Source: an uncultured Acidimicrobiales bacterium (GTDB taxonomy: Bacteria; Actinomycetota; Acidimicrobiia; Acidimicrobiales; RAAP-2). From it: DNA of 64,000 bases. A program made the position numbers and the translations under genes. The DNA lies in assembly GCA_963841925.1 (NCBI GenBank), contig CAWJER010000005.1, positions 34,086 through 98,085 on the forward strand, given 5' to 3'. A model generated the notes under the pieces. The model was not told the DNA's origin, made no database searches, and saw only the letters and a program-made list of their open reading frames with translations. This document shows positions 41,122-50,519 of the stretch, piece by piece (within the stretch, counting starts at the first letter, position 1; the number at the start of each line of letters is the position of its first letter).

Positions 41122-41148
41122 ACAGTTGACAGTAATTGTGACAAGTGT
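41122..41148. promoter_or_regulatory. 27-bp imperfect palindrome (candidate TetR operator) overlapping a TTGACA -35-like hexamer
   Basis: In ACAGTTGACAGTAATTGTGACAAGTGT, 10 of 13 arm positions are complementary. TTGACA lies at 41126-41131. The site sits in the TetR / DinB-like divergent intergenic region. Confidence 0.4.
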
Positions 41149-41197
41149 TTACATGACCGGACGGGCCCGGTCGTCGGGATCCCGGAAGGGAGCCGTC

Positions 41198-41806
41198 GTG
41201 GGAGAGGATCCAGGTCCGGGCGTGCCGGGTGCGGACGGGAGTGCCCCCCTGGTGCTCGACTCGCTGCAGCGCCGGATGCGCGCGCTGTTCTCGCTCTACG
41301 AGGACGCGGTCGCCACCATGGACCTCGACCAGGTGAACCACTTCGAGCGCGAAGGCGTGCTCCCGATCGCGTTCAGCCTGTTCCACATCGTCAACATGAT
41401 CGACGCCTCGTTCCTGCTCATGACCGGGACCCCGCCGGTGTGGGACGGAGCGTGGGAGGCGCGGGTGCGTCCCGCCATCGCCGATCACGGCAAGCACCGG
41501 ACCGTCGCCGAGATGGTCCACCAGCGCATCGGGGACTACGACGAGTTCCAGAAGTACATGCGCACGGTGTTCGCCCGGGTAGAGGCGTGGCTCGCCGGTC
41601 TGGACCCGGCCGAGCTGGCCAGGGTCGTGATCACCCGGCCCTTCCCCGAGCAGATCGCCAGTACCTACAGTGCCCGGGTGGCGGGCCCCGAGGGGATCAC
41701 CCTGCTCGACGCCTCTGAGTGCTGGATCTACCAGCACGGCTTGCGCCACATGGGCGAGATCGAGCTCGCCCGCGGCCTGGTCGGCCTGGGCGGCCTGACC
41801 TCCTAG
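41198..41806 (+). CDS. DinB-superfamily (four-helix bundle) protein
   Basis: RBS ggaagggag, then GTG 41198. The His-containing helices resemble DinB_2 (FSLFHIV..., IYQHGLRHMGEIE). The TAG stop at 41804-41806 overlaps the IS630 target TA. Confidence 0.5.
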   Translation: MGEDPGPGVPGADGSAPLVLDSLQRRMRALFSLYEDAVATMDLDQVNHFEREGVLPIAFSLFHIVNMIDASFLLMTGTPPVWDGAWEARVRPAIADHGKHRTVAEMVHQRIGDYDEFQKYMRTVFARVEAWLAGLDPAELARVVITRPFPEQIASTYSARVAGPEGITLLDASECWIYQHGLRHMGEIELARGLVGLGGLTS

Positions 41807-43034
41807 TGTCCTGTCCGGCTGAAGCGGTTGGAAAGTCGTGATGTCATGCGTCCGCCCCCTCGTTGATGGCGCTGCAGTATCCGGCGAGGCGCTCGAGGAT
41901 CGGCTCGGCCGTCTTGTGCCATACGAAGGGCTGGGGGTCCTCGTTCCAGTTGTCGACCCACGCCTGGATGTCGACGGCGAGTTCCTTGGCACTGCAGTGG
42001 GCCGACCGGTGCAGCTTCTTGGTGGTGAGCGCGGAGAACCACCGCTCGACGAGGTTCGTCCACGACCCATACGTCGGGGTGAAGTGGAGATGGAACCGGC
42101 GGTGACGCAGCAGCCAACGATGGACTTTGGGCGTCTTGTGGGTGGCGAGGTTGTCCAGGATCACATGGACGTCGAGGTCAGCGGGCACCTCGCGGTTGAT
42201 CTTGTTCAAGAAGGCGATGAAGTCGTTCTGGTTGTGACTGGTCCGGATGTCCGAGATGACGGTGCCACGGGCGATGTCAAGGGCGGCGAACAGATCGACC
42301 GTTCCGTTGCGCACGTAGTCGTGGGTGGCCCGCTGCGGCGTGGTGGGCAACAACGGCAGAGTCGGTGCGGTGCGGTTGAGCGCTTGGATCTGCGGCTTCT
42401 CGTCGACGGCGAAGACCGCCGCGGCTTCGGGCGGATTCATGTACAGGCCGACGAGATCACGGACCTTCTCGATCAGGTCGGGGTCCGGGGACACCTTGAA
42501 GCTGCCCTGCTGCCACGGCTTCAGTCCGAAGGCTCGCCAGATCTCCGCCACGGTGGTCTTGGAGATGCCGTGCTTGGCCGCCAGTCCCCGAGTGGACCAG
42601 TGGGTGTCCTCGCCCGGTGTGGACTCCAACGTGTCGACCACCACCGCTTCGATGGTCGCATCGGCGATGGTGCGAACCGCCCCGGGTCGGGGAGCGTCTC
42701 CAAGACCCTCCAGTCGGTCCACCGCGAACCGGCGTCGCCACTTCGACACGGTCGCCGGATGCACCCGCTCGGCGGTGGCGACCTCTTGGTTGGTCATCCC
42801 CTCGGCGCACGCGAGCACGATCCTGGATCGCAGCGCGAGTGCCTGGGCCGAGCTGTGTCGCCGCACCCAACGCTGCAAGGTCTCGCGTTCGGCGTCGGTC
42901 AGTTCGATGACAGCTGTCGGACGTCCTCGGGTGGACATGGCACCTCCAATGTTGGCTCACATCGGAGAGCGCGACCGGACGAGGGAAATTCCCGAATCAG
43001 CGATACTTCGCGGCTAATCAGCAGGACAGGACAC
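41806..43034 (-). mobile_element. IS630-family insertion sequence (1,229 bp) with a TA target-site duplication
   Basis: Terminal inverted repeats GTGTCCTGTCCGGCTGA (left) and GTGTCCTGTCCTGCTGA (reverse complement of the right end) match at 16 of 17 positions. TA lies at 41804-41805 and 43035-43036. A single DDE transposase ORF lies inside. Confidence 0.85.
41844..42938 (-). CDS. IS630-family (Tc1/mariner-like DDE) transposase
   Basis: 364 aa. N-terminal HTH (MTNQEVATAERVHPATVSKWRRRF). DDE_3 region (AVFAVDEKPQIQAL...HVILDNLATHK...TPTYGSWTNLVERWF). Confidence 0.85.
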   Translation of the reverse strand: MSTRGRPTAVIELTDAERETLQRWVRRHSSAQALALRSRIVLACAEGMTNQEVATAERVHPATVSKWRRRFAVDRLEGLGDAPRPGAVRTIADATIEAVVVDTLESTPGEDTHWSTRGLAAKHGISKTTVAEIWRAFGLKPWQQGSFKVSPDPDLIEKVRDLVGLYMNPPEAAAVFAVDEKPQIQALNRTAPTLPLLPTTPQRATHDYVRNGTVDLFAALDIARGTVISDIRTSHNQNDFIAFLNKINREVPADLDVHVILDNLATHKTPKVHRWLLRHRRFHLHFTPTYGSWTNLVERWFSALTTKKLHRSAHCSAKELAVDIQAWVDNWNEDPQPFVWHKTAEPILERLAGYCSAINEGADA

Positions 43035-43285
43035 TAGTTCGCCGGGCTGGTCGAATCCGGGACGGTCGAACCCGGGACGGCCCCCTCGGGGCCGGGTGGA
43101 CGGCCCTTTCGGGTGGACGGCCGAGGGTCGGGTGGACGGGGCCCTGGGGCGGGACGTGGCGACGACTCCGGGCGTGCCGACGGAAATGATTCAAGTGCTG
43201 GTCGGTCGGGCCGATGAACACTCCAGCGGCCGCAAGGCGTGCAGAGGGGCTTCGTCAGCACGATTCCAGAAGGAGCACGATCGAC

Positions 43286-43684
43286 ATGTTGAACCCGCAG
43301 AAGACGGTGGCCAAGGTGGTGATCTCCTGTCTCGTCCTAAGTCCCCTCGCATTCGGCGGGGCCGGCGTGGCCGGAGCGACGACGAAGCCGGCGGACACGG
43401 TCCCGACGGTGCGACTCCTGTCGGAGGCCCAGCGTCTGGACATCTGTAGCCGGCAACGGGCCGCCCTCGAGCAGATGTCCCACCGGATCCATGACTTCGA
43501 CCTGGTGACGGACACCGACAAGGCACTGTTGACCGCAGCCGTGGCCGACAAGAACATCTCCAGGCAGCGCTTCTTGAGGTCCTACCTGGCCCACCGCCAT
43601 GCGGTCCGGCTCATCCGCGCCGCTCGTCTGCTGGCCCTGCGGACCCACATCAGTCAGGCCCGGCAGTCCTTCGGCGGCTGCTGA
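43286..43684 (+). CDS. Small secreted hypothetical protein
   Basis: RBS agaaggag, then ATG 43286. Signal-like MLNPQKTVAKVVISCLVLSPLAFGGAGVAGA. The GC content is visibly lower than in the neighbours. No family recognised. Confidence 0.45.
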   Translation: MLNPQKTVAKVVISCLVLSPLAFGGAGVAGATTKPADTVPTVRLLSEAQRLDICSRQRAALEQMSHRIHDFDLVTDTDKALLTAAVADKNISRQRFLRSYLAHRHAVRLIRAARLLALRTHISQARQSFGGC

Positions 43685-43737
43685 CGCCGCGCCGGCACCG
43701 GTCGGGGGTCGGAAAGGCTCCTCGTCCGGTGTCGGGG

Positions 43738-44715
43738 TCAGGCCGAGGGTAGGCCGTCCACCAGCGAGTGGGCCAGCCGGGCCAACGCCGCCGCGAGCTC
43801 CGGCGACGGTCCCGCCAGCGCTGCAGCCGCCGCCTGGTCGGCGTAGTCCCGGGCTACGCCGACCGACTCGGCGATCGCCCCCGATCCCGCCACGATGGCC
43901 CGCGCCTTCTCCTGTTCGGGCAGGCCCAGCGGCTGGCCCAGCAGGTCGCGGAGCTCGGGCCCGTGCACAGGGTCGGCCAGGGTGAGGAGCACGGGAAGCG
44001 TGTAGATGCCCTCGGCCAGGTCCTGGCCGGCCGGCTTGCCCAGCTCCACCTCGGACCCGACGACGTCGAGGATGTCGTCGCGTACCTGGAAGATCATGCC
44101 GAAACACCGTCCGAAATCGGTAAAGGCGTCGACCTCGGGCCGGGAGAGGCCGCCCGTGAGGGCACCGATCCGGCACGAGGTAGCCATGAGGGAGGCGGTC
44201 TTTCCGGCGATGGCGGTCGAGTAGTCCTCGCGGCTCCGGTCCACCTGGAAGGCGGCCCGCACCTCCGCCACCTGACCCTGGCACAGCTCGCCCAGCGTGG
44301 CGGCCAGGAGGGCGGCGATCTCCACGCCCAGGCCGGCTGCGATCTCGGCCGACCGGGCCAGGAGGAAGTCGCCGGCCACGATCGCCACGAGATTGCCGAA
44401 CCGGGAGTTCACGCTCTCCACGTTGCGCCGCATGGTGGCCTCGTCCATCACGTCGTCGTGGTACAGCGAGGCGAGGTGCACCAGCTCGACGGCGACGGCC
44501 CCCATCAGGTCCTCCCGGCTGGCGTCCTTGGCGCCGGATGTGGCCGTGGCCAGGGCCAGGACCGGCCGGAGCCGCTTCCCACCGGCGGCCAGCAGGTGCG
44601 TCGTGACCTCGTCGAGGAAGGCGTCGCCGGTGACGACGGACTCCACGAGCAGCGGCTCGAGTCGGGTCAGCTGTGCTTCGAGTGCGGGGAGTCCCAGGAT
44701 GTCGACGACGTTCAC
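43738..44715 (-). CDS. Polyprenyl diphosphate synthase (trans-isoprenyl diphosphate synthase family)
   Basis: LYHDDVMDE and QVRDDILD (two DDxxD motifs), plus GKRLRP. 325 aa. Confidence 0.85.
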   Translation of the reverse strand: MNVVDILGLPALEAQLTRLEPLLVESVVTGDAFLDEVTTHLLAAGGKRLRPVLALATATSGAKDASREDLMGAVAVELVHLASLYHDDVMDEATMRRNVESVNSRFGNLVAIVAGDFLLARSAEIAAGLGVEIAALLAATLGELCQGQVAEVRAAFQVDRSREDYSTAIAGKTASLMATSCRIGALTGGLSRPEVDAFTDFGRCFGMIFQVRDDILDVVGSEVELGKPAGQDLAEGIYTLPVLLTLADPVHGPELRDLLGQPLGLPEQEKARAIVAGSGAIAESVGVARDYADQAAAAALAGPSPELAAALARLAHSLVDGLPSA

Positions 44716-44845
44716 TGGCTACAGACGATAGGGCAGACTGCCGATGGGTGGTACATGGACCCCGGCTCCGGGGCGTGCGGGTGCGGGTCAACCCTTCACC
44801 TGTAGACTCAGGTTCCAGTTACGGACCGCGGATGGAGGCGGTGGA

Positions 44846-47401
44846 GTGTTCGAACGATTTACAGACCGAGCTCGACGAGTCCTGGTGTTGGCGCAGGAGG
44901 AGGCGCGCCTGCTCAACCACAGCTTCATCGGTACCGAGCACATCCTCCTGGGCTTGATCCACGAAGGTGAGGGTGTCGCCGCCAAGGCACTCGAGTCACT
45001 CGGGGTGTCGCTCGAGGCCGTGCGTGAGAAGGTCGAGGAGACCATCGGCCTGGCCGGTACCGCCCCGACTGGGTCCCCGCCCTTCACCCCCCGGGCCAAG
45101 AAGGTCCTCGAGCTCTCGCTGCGCGAGGCGCTGCAGCTCGGCCACAGCTACATCGGCACCGAGCACATGCTGCTCGGCCTGGTGCGCGAGGGCGAGGGTG
45201 TCGCCGCCCAGGTGCTGCAGAGCCTCGGCGCCGATCTGCCGCGCGTGCGCCAGCAGGTCATCCAGCTGCTCTCGGGCTACCAGGGCAAGGAGGCCGTCGG
45301 GGGTGGCCAGCCCGGCAACCAGCAGGCGGACGCCCCGACCGGTTCCGCCGTGCTCGACCAGTTCGGCCGAAACCTCACCGCGCTGGCCCGCGACCACAAG
45401 CTCGACCCGGTCATCGGGCGCGAGAAGGAGATCGAACGGGTCATGCAGGTGCTGTCCCGGCGCACCAAGAACAACCCCGTCCTGATCGGTGAGCCTGGTG
45501 TCGGCAAGACGGCGATCGTCGAGGGCCTCGCCCAGCGGATCGTGGCCGACGAGGTCCCCGAAACCCTCACGGGCAAGCAGCTGTACACCCTCGACCTCGG
45601 TGCGTTGGTGGCCGGCAGCCGCTACCGCGGCGACTTCGAGGAGCGCCTGAAGAAGGTCCTGAAGGAGATCCGGACCCGGGGCGACATCGTCCTGTTCATC
45701 GACGAGCTGCACACGCTGGTGGGTGCGGGCGCCGCCGAGGGCGCCATCGACGCCGCCTCGATCCTGAAGCCGATGCTGGCCCGGGGTGAGCTGCAGACGA
45801 TCGGCGCCACGACGATCGACGAGTACCGCAAGCACCTGGAGAAGGACGCCGCGCTCGAGCGGCGGTTCCAGCCGATCAAGGTGGAGCAGCCGAACGTCGC
45901 CCTCACCATCGAGATCCTGAAGGGACTGCGCGACCGCTACGAGTCCCACCACGCCGTCACCATCACCGACCAGGCCCTGGTGGCCGCGGCCAACCTGGCC
46001 GACCGCTACCTGGCCGACCGTTACCTCCCGGACAAGGCCATCGACCTCATCGACGAGGCCGGCAGCCGCCTGCGCATCCGTCGGATGACGACCCCCCCTG
46101 CCTACAAGAAGCTGGAGGAGGAGATCACCCGGCTGCGTGCCGACAAGGAGGCCGCCATCGAGAAGCAGGCCTTCGACCAGGCGAAGAAGCTCGCCGAGCA
46201 GGAGAAGGACCGCCTCGACGCCAAGGAGGCCATGGAGGCCGAGTGGCGGGCCGAGGGCGTCGACCTGTTCGACGTCGTCGATGAGGAGGTCATCGCCGAG
46301 GTGCTGGCCAACTGGACGGGCATTCCCGTGTACCGCCTCACCGAGGAGGAGACAGCCAAGCTGCTGCGCATGGAGGACGAGCTCCACAAGCGGGTCATCG
46401 GCCAGGAGCCGGCCATCGCCGCCCTCGCCCGATCCATCCGGCGCACCCGTGCCGGTCTCAAGGACCCGAAGCGCCCGAGCGGCTCGTTCATCTTCCTCGG
46501 TCCGACCGGCGTGGGGAAGACCGAGCTGGCCAAGACGCTCGCCGAGTTCCTCTTCGACGACGAGGACGCACTGATCCAGCTCGACATGTCCGAGTACATG
46601 GAGAAGCACACGGTGAGCCGCCTCGTGGGTTCGCCTCCCGGTTACGTGGGGTACGAGGAGGGCGGACAGCTCACCGAGGCCGTGCGGCGCAAGCCGTTCT
46701 CGGTGGTCCTGTTCGACGAGGTCGAGAAGGCCCACGCCGACGTGTTCAACACGCTGCTCCAGATCCTGGAGGACGGTCGCCTGACCGACGCCCAGGGCCG
46801 GTCGGTCGACTTCAAGAACACCGTGCTGATCATGACGTCCAATCTCGGAACCGCCGACCTGCGCAAGTCCTCGGTGGGCTTCGCCCAGAATTCGGGTGCT
46901 GTGACCTACGAGCGGATGAAGACGAAGGTCAACGAAGCGCTCAAGGCCCACTTCCGTCCCGAGTTCCTCAACCGCATCGACGAGGTCGTGGTGTTCCACG
47001 AGCTGTCGAAGGTGGAGGTCATCGAGATCGTCGACCTGATGATCCGGCGGGTCGCCACCCAGCTCGAGCTGCAAGGCCTGAGCCTGGAACTGACGCCGGA
47101 GGCGAAGACGCTGCTCGCCGACAGGGGCTACGACCCGCAGCTGGGTGCCCGCCCGCTCCGGCGTGCGATCCAGCAGATGATCGAGGACCCGCTGTCCGAG
47201 CGCATCCTGTGGAAGGAGTTCCGCGTCGGCCAGACCATCATCGTGGATGTCGAGACCATCACCCCGGAGGCCGCCGAGGCCTACGACGTGAAGGGCGCAC
47301 CGCCGCTCGTCGCCGGTGAGAAGCAGCTGACGTTCACCGCCATCGAGGGTCTGGAGCCTCCGCCGGTGGCGTTGGCCGGGGCCGACTCCTCGGCGGATTG
47401 A
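44846..47401 (+). CDS. clpC: ATP-dependent Clp protease ATP-binding subunit ClpC1
   Basis: GGAGG, then GTG 44846. [37 protein letters not shown] (double Clp_N), GEPGVGKT and GPTGVGKT Walker A motifs, UVR-like linker. Confidence 0.9.
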   Translation: MFERFTDRARRVLVLAQEEARLLNHSFIGTEHILLGLIHEGEGVAAKALESLGVSLEAVREKVEETIGLAGTAPTGSPPFTPRAKKVLELSLREALQLGHSYIGTEHMLLGLVREGEGVAAQVLQSLGADLPRVRQQVIQLLSGYQGKEAVGGGQPGNQQADAPTGSAVLDQFGRNLTALARDHKLDPVIGREKEIERVMQVLSRRTKNNPVLIGEPGVGKTAIVEGLAQRIVADEVPETLTGKQLYTLDLGALVAGSRYRGDFEERLKKVLKEIRTRGDIVLFIDELHTLVGAGAAEGAIDAASILKPMLARGELQTIGATTIDEYRKHLEKDAALERRFQPIKVEQPNVALTIEILKGLRDRYESHHAVTITDQALVAAANLADRYLADRYLPDKAIDLIDEAGSRLRIRRMTTPPAYKKLEEEITRLRADKEAAIEKQAFDQAKKLAEQEKDRLDAKEAMEAEWRAEGVDLFDVVDEEVIAEVLANWTGIPVYRLTEEETAKLLRMEDELHKRVIGQEPAIAALARSIRRTRAGLKDPKRPSGSFIFLGPTGVGKTELAKTLAEFLFDDEDALIQLDMSEYMEKHTVSRLVGSPPGYVGYEEGGQLTEAVRRKPFSVVLFDEVEKAHADVFNTLLQILEDGRLTDAQGRSVDFKNTVLIMTSNLGTADLRKSSVGFAQNSGAVTYERMKTKVNEALKAHFRPEFLNRIDEVVVFHELSKVEVIEIVDLMIRRVATQLELQGLSLELTPEAKTLLADRGYDPQLGARPLRRAIQQMIEDPLSERILWKEFRVGQTIIVDVETITPEAAEAYDVKGAPPLVAGEKQLTFTAIEGLEPPPVALAGADSSAD

Positions 47402-47443
47402 CCACGGCGGCGCGGCGGCTGCCGCGTCCCGACCAGAACGGAC

Positions 47444-47472
47444 CGACGCCCCACCAGACCGGTGGGGCGTCG
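47444..47472 (+). terminator. GC-rich hairpin downstream of clpC1 (candidate intrinsic terminator, no U-tract)
   Basis: CGACGCCCCACC-agacc-GGTGGGGCGTCG: a 12-bp perfect stem approx. 45 nt after the clpC1 stop. Confidence 0.5.
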
Positions 47473-47642
47473 CCGCGTCCGGACGAGGTCCGTGCACGGC
47501 ACCACTTGGTTCGTTAGGGTCCTTGGTGCGCCACCGGCGGAAGGCGGTGGCGCCACGGAGTGCAGTGTGGACCGGACGGCCTGCTGCACCGGATGGGCAG
47601 CCGGTGGAAGTCGGGTCGTCTCAAGCGAGAGCGGAGACCGAC

Positions 47643-50069
47643 ATGACGACACAGAACCGGATCGGGCGAGCGCTCCGGTCCATCACCCGATCGCTGCTCG
47701 CGGTCCTCATCGGGGCAGGAGTGCTCCTGGCCGCCGCCGCAGCGGACTCGCCTCCGACCGGTGCCGCCGAGACGGGCACCGTCGTCTACACGGCACAGCT
47801 GAACATCCCCGCCCCGCCCTCGTCGAACTTCGCCGGCTCAGCCGGCGGAGACGGCTGGGGTCTGGCCTTCACGCCGACCGCCGTCTACAACGTCTTCCAC
47901 CATCAGTCGACGCTCCAGGTGGCGTGTCACCTCCAGACGGACGCCACGCCGTGCTGGACGGGCCCCAAGACCATCACCGACGGCAGCAGTGACAACTTCG
48001 CCACCGCCGCCCAGCCCGGCCTATGGATGGACCAGAGCACGGGACACCTGTTCGTCTTCGCCACCCGCACCTCGGACGGCACCGCCGGCGTCGTCTGCAT
48101 CGACACGACGCAGCCAGCGAGCACCGCCGATCCCTTCTGCGGGTTCACGGCGCTGTCGGCCGTGGGCGGGGCCCCGACGAACGGGGGGATCAGCGGTGTG
48201 AGCGATCCCGTCATCGTGGGCACCAACTGGTACGCGTTCAACGCCGTCGACGGCCTCCAGACCGGCACGGAGAACACCCTCCTGTGCTTCAGCCTCACGT
48301 CGCTGTCCGCCTGCCCGAACCAGCCGTTCGCCGTCGACCTCGGCTCGAGCGTGACGGTCGCCGACACCTCGGAGCCGAATGCGTCGATCGACGCACTGGG
48401 GAGCCAGATCGTCGTTCCCGTGATGCTGTCCTCCTCGAGTGAGCTGGCCTGCTACGACGTCTCCACCGGCGGCAATTGTGCCGGTTCGTGGCCGATCAGC
48501 ACCACCGGCCTCAGCTACCCGGTCAACTCCGACGGGGGCGCACCGTTCCCGATCCTCGACGGGACGGGTACGGCGACCGGATTCTGCCTGCCGCTCGCCT
48601 CGCTCCCGTGCTACGGACTCAACGGCGCCACAGTGTCAACGCCTCCGGGAATGTCCGCGGCCATCCCGCGCACCACCAGCGCCTGGAACGGGCCGGCCCT
48701 GGCCATCGGGGCCCGCATCTACATCCCCGACGGGAACACCAACGCCGTTGACTGCTACGACTACACGGCCGGTGCCAGCTGTTCCGGGTTCCCGAAGGCC
48801 ATCCCCAACCTCGAACTTCTCTACACGGTGAATGCGGACCCGCAGCGACCCACGTGCATCTGGGTGAACTCGGACGGTGGCACCTCGCAGATCCAGAACT
48901 TCGACGCCTACACCGGTGGGGCCTGTGGTCAGGGCCCGGTCCGCGTGCTGGCGGCGAGCATCGTGGCGCCCAGTGACGTGTGTATCCCGGCCAACTACAC
49001 GTCCCTCCAGGTGACGGTTCCGGCCCGCAGCCAGTACACGTCGGGATCGGTGCAGTTCGAGGACTTCAACGGGGACCCCATCCCGAGCATCCCCGATCAG
49101 CCGCTCGACAACACCGGTTCGGTGAACCTCACGCCGCTGAACCTGGCCACGGCCAGCCCGCTCCCCCAGTTCCTGATCACCCTCAACGGGGCCGGCTCAC
49201 CACCGGAGGTCGACGTCAAACTCACCTGGATCGGCACCTACTCGGCGGCGTGCACGACGGGTGGCCAGAAGGTGGCCAACGGGCAGGGATACCGCCTCGG
49301 AGCCCGGGACGGTGGGGTGTTCGACTTCGGTACGGCGGCGTTCTACGGCTCGATGACCGGCAAACACCTGAACGGTCCCGAAGTGGGGATCGCGTCGACC
49401 GCGGACGGGGGCGGCTACTGGCTCGCCGCCTCCGACGGCGGCGTGTTCGCCTTCGGTGACGCCGTCTACCTGGGAGGGCTCGGTGCCAACGCACACCTGA
49501 ACTCACCGATCGTGGGTATCGCCGCCGATCCCACGGGTAGCGGCTACTGGCTGACCGCGTCCGACGGCGGCGTCTTCGCCTACGGCAGTGCCCAGTTCCA
49601 CGGGTCGTCCGGGCAGACCGATCCGACCAAGCCGCCCGGCGGTGCCAACTCCTTCACTCCGTCCGCGCCCATCGTCGGCATCGCCGCCACGCCGTCCGGT
49701 GACGGCTACTGGCTGGTCGGATCCGACGGCAGTGTCTACGCCTTCGGTGACGCCGTCGACCTCGGGGGGATGAACGGCTCGCCGCTGACGGGCGCCATCG
49801 TCGGGATCACCCCGGCGCCGTCCGGCCAGGGGTACTGGCTCGTCGGGTCGGACGGTGGCGTGTTCGCCTTCGGGGACGCACCGTTCGAAGGCTCGATGTC
49901 GGGGAAGCACATGGACGGTCCCGCGGTGGGGATCCAGGCCACGACCACCGGTGCCGGCTACTGGCTCGACGCCGCCGACGGTGGTGTGTTCGCCTTCGGG
50001 GACGCACCCTTCCTAGGCTGCATGGTCGGCTCCCCGCTCAACGCGTCGTTGGACAGCCTCACGAGCTGA
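47643..50069 (+). CDS. Secreted Cys-rich protein with the six-copy 42-aa C-terminal repeat
   Basis: ATG 47643. Signal peptide LLAVLIGAGVLLAAAAADS. The approx. 540-aa body has seven C-x7-22-C pairs (mostly C-x8-C). Six GYWL..SDGGVFAFGDA repeats span 49281-50069. Confidence 0.75.
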   Translation: MTTQNRIGRALRSITRSLLAVLIGAGVLLAAAAADSPPTGAAETGTVVYTAQLNIPAPPSSNFAGSAGGDGWGLAFTPTAVYNVFHHQSTLQVACHLQTDATPCWTGPKTITDGSSDNFATAAQPGLWMDQSTGHLFVFATRTSDGTAGVVCIDTTQPASTADPFCGFTALSAVGGAPTNGGISGVSDPVIVGTNWYAFNAVDGLQTGTENTLLCFSLTSLSACPNQPFAVDLGSSVTVADTSEPNASIDALGSQIVVPVMLSSSSELACYDVSTGGNCAGSWPISTTGLSYPVNSDGGAPFPILDGTGTATGFCLPLASLPCYGLNGATVSTPPGMSAAIPRTTSAWNGPALAIGARIYIPDGNTNAVDCYDYTAGASCSGFPKAIPNLELLYTVNADPQRPTCIWVNSDGGTSQIQNFDAYTGGACGQGPVRVLAASIVAPSDVCIPANYTSLQVTVPARSQYTSGSVQFEDFNGDPIPSIPDQPLDNTGSVNLTPLNLATASPLPQFLITLNGAGSPPEVDVKLTWIGTYSAACTTGGQKVANGQGYRLGARDGGVFDFGTAAFYGSMTGKHLNGPEVGIASTADGGGYWLAASDGGVFAFGDAVYLGGLGANAHLNSPIVGIAADPTGSGYWLTASDGGVFAYGSAQFHGSSGQTDPTKPPGGANSFTPSAPIVGIAATPSGDGYWLVGSDGSVYAFGDAVDLGGMNGSPLTGAIVGITPAPSGQGYWLVGSDGGVFAFGDAPFEGSMSGKHMDGPAVGIQATTTGAGYWLDAADGGVFAFGDAPFLGCMVGSPLNASLDSLTS

Positions 50070-50094
50070 CCGATCCGACCGGACAGGCGCATCG

Positions 50095-50128
50095 GGACCA
50101 TCCCTCCGGCTCGCCGGAGGGATGGTCC
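50095..50128 (+). terminator. Perfect 15-bp stem hairpin downstream of 47643..50069
   Basis: GGACCATCCCTCCGG-ctcg-CCGGAGGGATGGTCC, 26 nt after the stop codon. There is no U-tract, which is common in high-GC actinobacteria. Confidence 0.55.
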
Positions 50129-50519
50129 GCGTCCGGACGGTGTGCACCCGGTAGTGGAGGCCTCGCACACCGCACACCGCACACCGCACTCCACCGCGCC
50201 ATCTCGCCACGGGTGGTGCGTCGGAGCGCCACCCGTGGCGCCGATCCCGGTCGTGCCCGGGACGGACGAAGTTCGGGCCGTTCGGCCCTGACCCACGGAC
50301 CACCGACCGGGGTCTACTGGAGGAGGCGGGGATCTCGTGACTGCCCAGGGCCCTGCCCCTGGGCCGGCGGCCCTGCGCCCGACCGACCTACCCCCCGAGG
50401 CGGTGCGGGCATCGCCACCGTCCCCCCGGCTCCCCGCCGGGGGGCGGTGAGCGTGAGGGGCAGGGGCCTCCGGTGGCAGCGTCACCGCGGATGGCACACC
50501 CGGTCCCTACCATCGGGGC

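Noticed and set aside
41844-42938. A two-ORF (frameshift-dependent) transposase organisation for the IS630 element.
   Set aside because: A single uninterrupted 364-aa ORF contains both the HTH and DDE regions, so no frameshift is required.
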